A stretch of 62,005 nt of DNA from Candidatus Altiarchaeales archaeon (GTDB lineage Archaea > Altiarchaeota > Altiarchaeia > IMC4 > SCGC-AAA252-I15). This document shows positions 57,826 to 62,005 of this stretch, in pieces (within the stretch, counting starts at the first letter, position 1; every line of letters starts with the position of its first letter). The stretch spans positions 1 through 62,005 of the forward strand of contig WJMO01000001.1 in assembly GCA_014727915.1 (NCBI GenBank), written 5' to 3'. The position numbers and the translations under genes are program-made. The notes below the pieces were generated by a model, which was not told the DNA's origin, made no database searches, and saw nothing but the letters and a program-made list of their open reading frames with translations.

Positions 57826-60711
57826 TCAGAGTTTTTTGTTGATTTCGCTGAGCTCTTTTTTGATCTTTTCGGCTGATTTTAGGGTTTCGGTGGTGTTTAT
57901 GTCCTTCTCCCCTGTTTCTTCCGGTTTATCCGTTTTTTCCTCTGGTGTCTTGGCTTCTTCTTCCAGTGGTTTTTCCTTTTTTATTATCTCCTTCTGTGGT
58001 TTTTTCCTGGCTTTGGATATCAGCTCGTCCAGTTTGGAGGCTACCGTCTCCTCTGTGGGTTTTTGTTCTGTTTTTGGCTCTTCCGTGGGGATTTCCGGTT
58101 TGGGTTCCCCTGTTTCTTCGGGTTTTTCCTCGGGGGTTTCGTCAGGTAGTTCGAGTTTCAGCTCTCCCGCGTCTTCGGGTTTTTCCTCGGGGGTTTCGCC
58201 TGTGGTTTCCGGCTTTTCTCCTTTGGGCTTTTTCGGTTCTTTGGTTTCTTCTCCGCCGAATAGGTCCAGCTCTTCTGCCTCATCGTCGTCTACGGGGAGC
58301 TTTATTATCACCTCTCCCTGGTCGGCGGAGGGGGTCTCTTCTTTGGCTTCCTCGTCGGGCAGGGGTATTCCGGTTATCTCTTCCAGGGCTGGCATGCCCT
58401 CGCCGAATATCTCATCCTCTGAGGGTGCCTTCTCGTCTTCCTCCAGTTTGTCGGGCAGTAGCGAAGTGTAGTCCACTCCTGTTTCCTCTCCTTTCTTGAG
58501 ATTCTTCCTCTCCCGGAGCTTGGCTATAATGAAGATGATCGCGAGCAGGGTCAGGAGTGCCGCGAGCCCGGCTATTATCATGATCGGGTACTGGCTTGTG
58601 TCCCTGCCGTCCTCTTCGGTTGTCTGTTCCGCTCCTATCTCTAGTATGAGCTCTCCGCATTTGATGCTCCCGTCCCGGTCGTCTATGCTCCGGAACAGCT
58701 GCCGTGCCTTTTCGGCGTGGTCGAGTGCCAGCTCGTTCTCCTGTTTTGTGTAGTAGTCGACTGCGGTGGCGTAGTGTTGCTGGGCTTCCACCCCCACTTG
58801 GCATATGCGTTTGAGCGACTGTGTCTTGGCCAGGTTCTCCTCGTCCGAGACGTTCATGTAGAGTGTCTCGGCTTTTTCGGCTTCGGCTATGCACTCCTGG
58901 TAGTTTGAGGTCTCGTACCTGTTGTCTGCGTTTGTGTAGTGCTGGTCTGCCGCCGTTTTGGCTGCGATCTCATCAAGCTTGTCCTCTATGTTCGACAGTA
59001 GGGTTAGCGTGGTGGATATCATCCCCGAGTCCCCGAGCGTCGTGTAGGACTGTCTGGCCAAGGTGGCTTTCTCCCTGGCTCCCGTGTAGTTGCCGCTACG
59101 GTATAGGCGCATGGCCATCTCGTAGTTCTCGTTGGCCTTCGGATATTCCTTGGTGTTTTCCACGAGCTTGGTGGCTTTCTCTATCCCGGGTGTGTAGTTG
59201 AGCAGCTCGTATATCTCCAGCGACTTGTGGCTGTATACGCTGCCTTGGACGTAGTCCTTCGCCCGGGAGTATTCGAGGGCCCGCTGGTAGAAGTATAGGG
59301 CGTCCAGCTGGTCTATGGCGTTGTTCAACAGTCTGAGGGCCTTGTCTGTCCGGTTGCTGTCGTCCAGCTCCATGTATATCCGCTCAGACTCGGAGGCCAG
59401 TGCCTTGGCTGTCTCGTAGTCGCCTTCGCTGTAGTTGTCCTCGGCCAGCTGGTATAGGCGGCCAGCCTCCAGGTATTCAAGCGAGCTGTTGAGGTACTCG
59501 AGGGTTTTCATCCGGTATTCGGTGTCGTTCAGCTCCGCGTATGCTTCGGCTGCTGCCATGGCATGGTCCCTCGCCTCTCCGAAGTCCCCGGAAAGGTAGT
59601 ATTCCATTGTCTTGTTCAGGTTCTCGTCCGCTTGCAGGTCCTTCAGGTAGTCGGGGTTCATCTCGTAGGCTGTCGTCTGCCTGGCACCCAAGACCACAAG
59701 GTTGGTCTTGTCCGGGGTTGTGAGCTGGCCTGCCGCCATGTCGGTGATCGGGTAGTCTACCTCGTATGCGTATTTTTCCCTTCCGTTGTGGTCTAGTGCG
59801 TATACGAACTCCCCCGATGCTATGAAGACTTCGGGTATGTTGTCGCCGTCCACGTCTCCTGCGGCTATTGTGGGCTTCAAAGCAGGGAGCCGGTACTCCC
59901 ATAGGAGCGCCCCCCCTGCCGATATCGCATATAGTGTGTCATTTTCAGTTGCTGCGAGCAGCTCCCCCAGTCCGTCGTTGTTTATGTCGTATGCGTAGGC
60001 GGCCGTAACCGGGCCTGTCGGGTACCGGAGTATCCTGCCCCCAGTGCCCTTGAGGACGTGGAGGTAGTCGTGGGAGCCGGCGATGACCTCCTTCTTGTCG
60101 TCCCGGTTTATGTCCTCGGCGTAGACGGAATGGACAGAGCCCTCGGTCGTGTAAGTCCACTTAAGCGAACCGTCGGATTTTATCAGGTACACTTTCCCGC
60201 TCCTGGAGCCTGAAACGACTTCCTTGCCTTCGTCGCCTGTTATGTCATCGATGTGTATGGAGAGGGAGTACCCGTATCCGCGGTGCACCCACTTGAGCAT
60301 GTTGTTCTCCAGTGTGGGATCGCGTTCTAGAACGAATATGGGGTGGTTGTACTCTGACATCCCGGCGCTGCAGGTCTTGGCCTCAACAACCGAGCCGACG
60401 ACTATGTCAGTGTTGCCGTTTCCGTCTATGTCATCGACCATCATGGTGTTCGGGGAGTTCTGAGGCCATATTACGGATATCTTGTTCCGCCATTTAAGGG
60501 TGCTGTCGTTGTCGAGTAGGTAGGCATAGCTTCCCTGCTCCCTGAACAAGCCGATCGTCACGTCCTGTATGCCATCACCGTCGACGTCCCTGACTTCCAG
60601 GGTGTCGCCGCCGAGTGTGACGTCCCAGACGGGCGTGAGCGACGGGTATGACGCGGCAGCCGCCAGACCGGTTAAAACCAGCATCAACAGTGCTGTTTTA
60701 ACTTTTGCCAT
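57826..60711 (-). CDS. Type I membrane protein: FG-GAP/PQQ-like beta-propeller, TPR-like helical stalk, TM, acidic Glu/Lys/Pro-rich tail
   Basis: Signal peptide; DVDGDG, DIDGNG, DINNDG repeats; A..Y helical repeats; ETPEEKPE x2. Confidence 0.85.
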   Translation of the reverse strand: MAKVKTALLMLVLTGLAAAASYPSLTPVWDVTLGGDTLEVRDVDGDGIQDVTIGLFREQGSYAYLLDNDSTLKWRNKISVIWPQNSPNTMMVDDIDGNGNTDIVVGSVVEAKTCSAGMSEYNHPIFVLERDPTLENNMLKWVHRGYGYSLSIHIDDITGDEGKEVVSGSRSGKVYLIKSDGSLKWTYTTEGSVHSVYAEDINRDDKKEVIAGSHDYLHVLKGTGGRILRYPTGPVTAAYAYDINNDGLGELLAATENDTLYAISAGGALLWEYRLPALKPTIAAGDVDGDNIPEVFIASGEFVYALDHNGREKYAYEVDYPITDMAAGQLTTPDKTNLVVLGARQTTAYEMNPDYLKDLQADENLNKTMEYYLSGDFGEARDHAMAAAEAYAELNDTEYRMKTLEYLNSSLEYLEAGRLYQLAEDNYSEGDYETAKALASESERIYMELDDSNRTDKALRLLNNAIDQLDALYFYQRALEYSRAKDYVQGSVYSHKSLEIYELLNYTPGIEKATKLVENTKEYPKANENYEMAMRLYRSGNYTGAREKATLARQSYTTLGDSGMISTTLTLLSNIEDKLDEIAAKTAADQHYTNADNRYETSNYQECIAEAEKAETLYMNVSDEENLAKTQSLKRICQVGVEAQQHYATAVDYYTKQENELALDHAEKARQLFRSIDDRDGSIKCGELILEIGAEQTTEEDGRDTSQYPIMIIAGLAALLTLLAIIFIIAKLRERKNLKKGEETGVDYTSLLPDKLEEDEKAPSEDEIFGEGMPALEEITGIPLPDEEAKEETPSADQGEVIIKLPVDDDEAEELDLFGGEETKEPKKPKGEKPETTGETPEEKPEDAGELKLELPDETPEEKPEETGEPKPEIPTEEPKTEQKPTEETVASKLDELISKARKKPQKEIIKKEKPLEEEAKTPEEKTDKPEETGEKDINTTETLKSAEKIKKELSEINKKL

Positions 60712-60776
60712 CGTTTACTTAGTAGCCGGGCCGGCTTATATATACCATTGGTTAGTATTAATTATCCGGTCAGAGT

Positions 60777-61448
60777 ATGGTTCAGGAGATGAAAACCTTG
60801 GTTGTTCTGCCGGCATACAATGAGTCTCCGGTGCTCGCTGAGACACTGGAGAAGCTGCGTGGGAGCACAAAAGCTGATATGCTGGTCGTCGATGACGGCA
60901 GCAGCGACGGGACAGGTGATATAGCCCTGAAATCTGGGGCCAGGGTGGTCAGGCACGTTGTAAACCTTGGGTTGGGAGCTGCCCTGGAGACGGGCTTCGA
61001 GGTGTCCAGGAGGGAAGGGTATGACCGGGTTGTCACGTTCGACGCGGACGGCCAGCACAACCCAGAGGACATGGACTATATCCTTGAGTCTTTGGATACT
61101 GCTGATGTTGTAATAGGGGTGCGTGAGATCCACGGTGAGAGGATGCCGTGGGTGAAGAAGATGGGCAACACCGTCTTGAACCTGCTCACTGGGCTGGTGT
61201 TCGGGGTCTATTCGAGGGACAGCCAGAGCGGCTTCCGGGCTTTCAACAGGAAGGCGGTCAAGCGGATACGCGTAAGGGCTAACAGGTACGAGGTCAGCTC
61301 GGAGATACTCTACGAGGCCAAGCGGAACGGGCTGAAGGTGAAGGAGGTGCCGGTGGAGGTCATATACACGGAACATTCGATGAGCAGGGGCACCGGCGTA
61401 TTGGACGGATTTAAGATACTGTGGAGAATGATTATACACAACAGGTGA
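60777..61448 (+). CDS. GT2 glycosyltransferase (DPM1-like)
   Basis: LPAYNE, VDDGSSDGT, FDADGQH, DSQSGFRA. Confidence 0.9.
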   Translation: MVQEMKTLVVLPAYNESPVLAETLEKLRGSTKADMLVVDDGSSDGTGDIALKSGARVVRHVVNLGLGAALETGFEVSRREGYDRVVTFDADGQHNPEDMDYILESLDTADVVIGVREIHGERMPWVKKMGNTVLNLLTGLVFGVYSRDSQSGFRAFNRKAVKRIRVRANRYEVSSEILYEAKRNGLKVKEVPVEVIYTEHSMSRGTGVLDGFKILWRMIIHNR

Positions 61449-61454
61449 TTTCAG

Positions 61455-61832
61455 GTGAACGTCGAGGTATTGGGTTTGGTCGTGTCATTCCAGGAGGGGG
61501 ACCTTGCCATAATGGCATTGGGGATATTTTTCTCTGCATTCGCTCTTTCAAGGGTTGTGCTCCGTTTCAGGGAGGGCAGGCTCAGCTGGGGCATGATGCT
61601 GGTGTGGAGCTTCGCCTGGCTGTCCATAATCGCCTTCCTCCTCTTCCAGAACACGTTCACCTCCCTGTCGAATGCTATAGGAGTCGACCGGCCCCTGGAC
61701 TTCATGCTGATAGTGGGGGTGATGCTCTCCTACTATCTGACGTTCAGGATATACATCTACATCGAGGAGCTGAAGTCCGACCTGGCCGAGGTGGTGAGGG
61801 AGGTCGCGATAAAGAAGGAAGAGAAAGGTTAG
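61455..61832 (+). CDS. DUF2304-family membrane protein
   Basis: 3 TM, IGVDRPLD, LAEVVREVAI; usual partner of this GT2; start uncertain. Confidence 0.8.
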   Translation: MNVEVLGLVVSFQEGDLAIMALGIFFSAFALSRVVLRFREGRLSWGMMLVWSFAWLSIIAFLLFQNTFTSLSNAIGVDRPLDFMLIVGVMLSYYLTFRIYIYIEELKSDLAEVVREVAIKKEEKG

Positions 61833-61842
61833 GGCCCCCCGC

Positions 61843-62004
61843 CTAGTTGGAGCAGGACCCTGCAAGGTTCTCCACGCCTGTGAACTGCTTCTCCTCCACC
61901 CCATGCTCCATGTTACGGTACTGGAACGTCACCTCATACGAGTACGAACCCCCGCTCGTGCAATTGAACGGAACAGCACCCTCCCACTTATAGAAGTCAC
62001 CAGG
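61843..62004 (-). CDS. 3' end of a hypothetical protein entering from the right edge
   Basis: Open frame ...PFNCTSGGSYSYEVTFQYRNMEHGVEEKQFTGVENLAGSCSN-stop. Confidence 0.55.
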   Translation of the reverse strand, partial: PGDFYKWEGAVPFNCTSGGSYSYEVTFQYRNMEHGVEEKQFTGVENLAGSCSN

Positions 62005-62005
62005 C

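Noticed and set aside
57779-58499. Ser/Phe-rich plus-strand ORFs
   Set aside because: Antisense of the Glu/Lys-rich tail of the 961-aa protein.

Overview
Archaeal chromosomal window. Evidence: rpl10e, EF-1beta, NucS, an A1-U72 tRNA-Gln, a tRNA intron with a bulge-helix-bulge (BHB) motif and a short histone. The Thr-rich and Cys-rich secreted proteins suggest an Altiarchaeota/DPANN-like host (inference only). From left to right: a partial YadA-head-repeat surface protein; housekeeping genes; a ~22 kb surface-polysaccharide/glycosylation cluster (nine GT4s, GT2s, an ABC flippase, a WcaJ-type priming transferase, Wzy/WaaL-like and GT-C proteins); rnhB and hisG; an MMPL pair with a COG1361 protein; a family of three secreted proteins whose mature forms start with Trp; nucS; two small chromatin-type genes missing from the ORF track (a 55-aa face-to-face-type histone and a 42-aa Lys-rich protein); and metabolic and transport genes. 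The most striking structure is at 50268-57384: two AT-rich cargo cassettes stacked at the 3' end of tRNA-Gln(TTG). Both have the same conserved termini (a 121-bp structured repeat with two copies of the tRNA 3' end, a 39-bp repeat, and imperfect inverted repeats resembling the tRNA T-loop), and I find no integrase in the window. One cassette carries a four-gene operon (m4C methyltransferase, Cas4/Csa1-like nuclease, winged-helix-like protein, AAA+ ATPase) that looks like an uncharacterised defence system. Next to it are an intron-containing tRNA-Gly(TCC) and a duplicated tRNA-Gly promoter and 5' end fused to a hairpin element. All family assignments come from motif recognition by eye; no searches were run.
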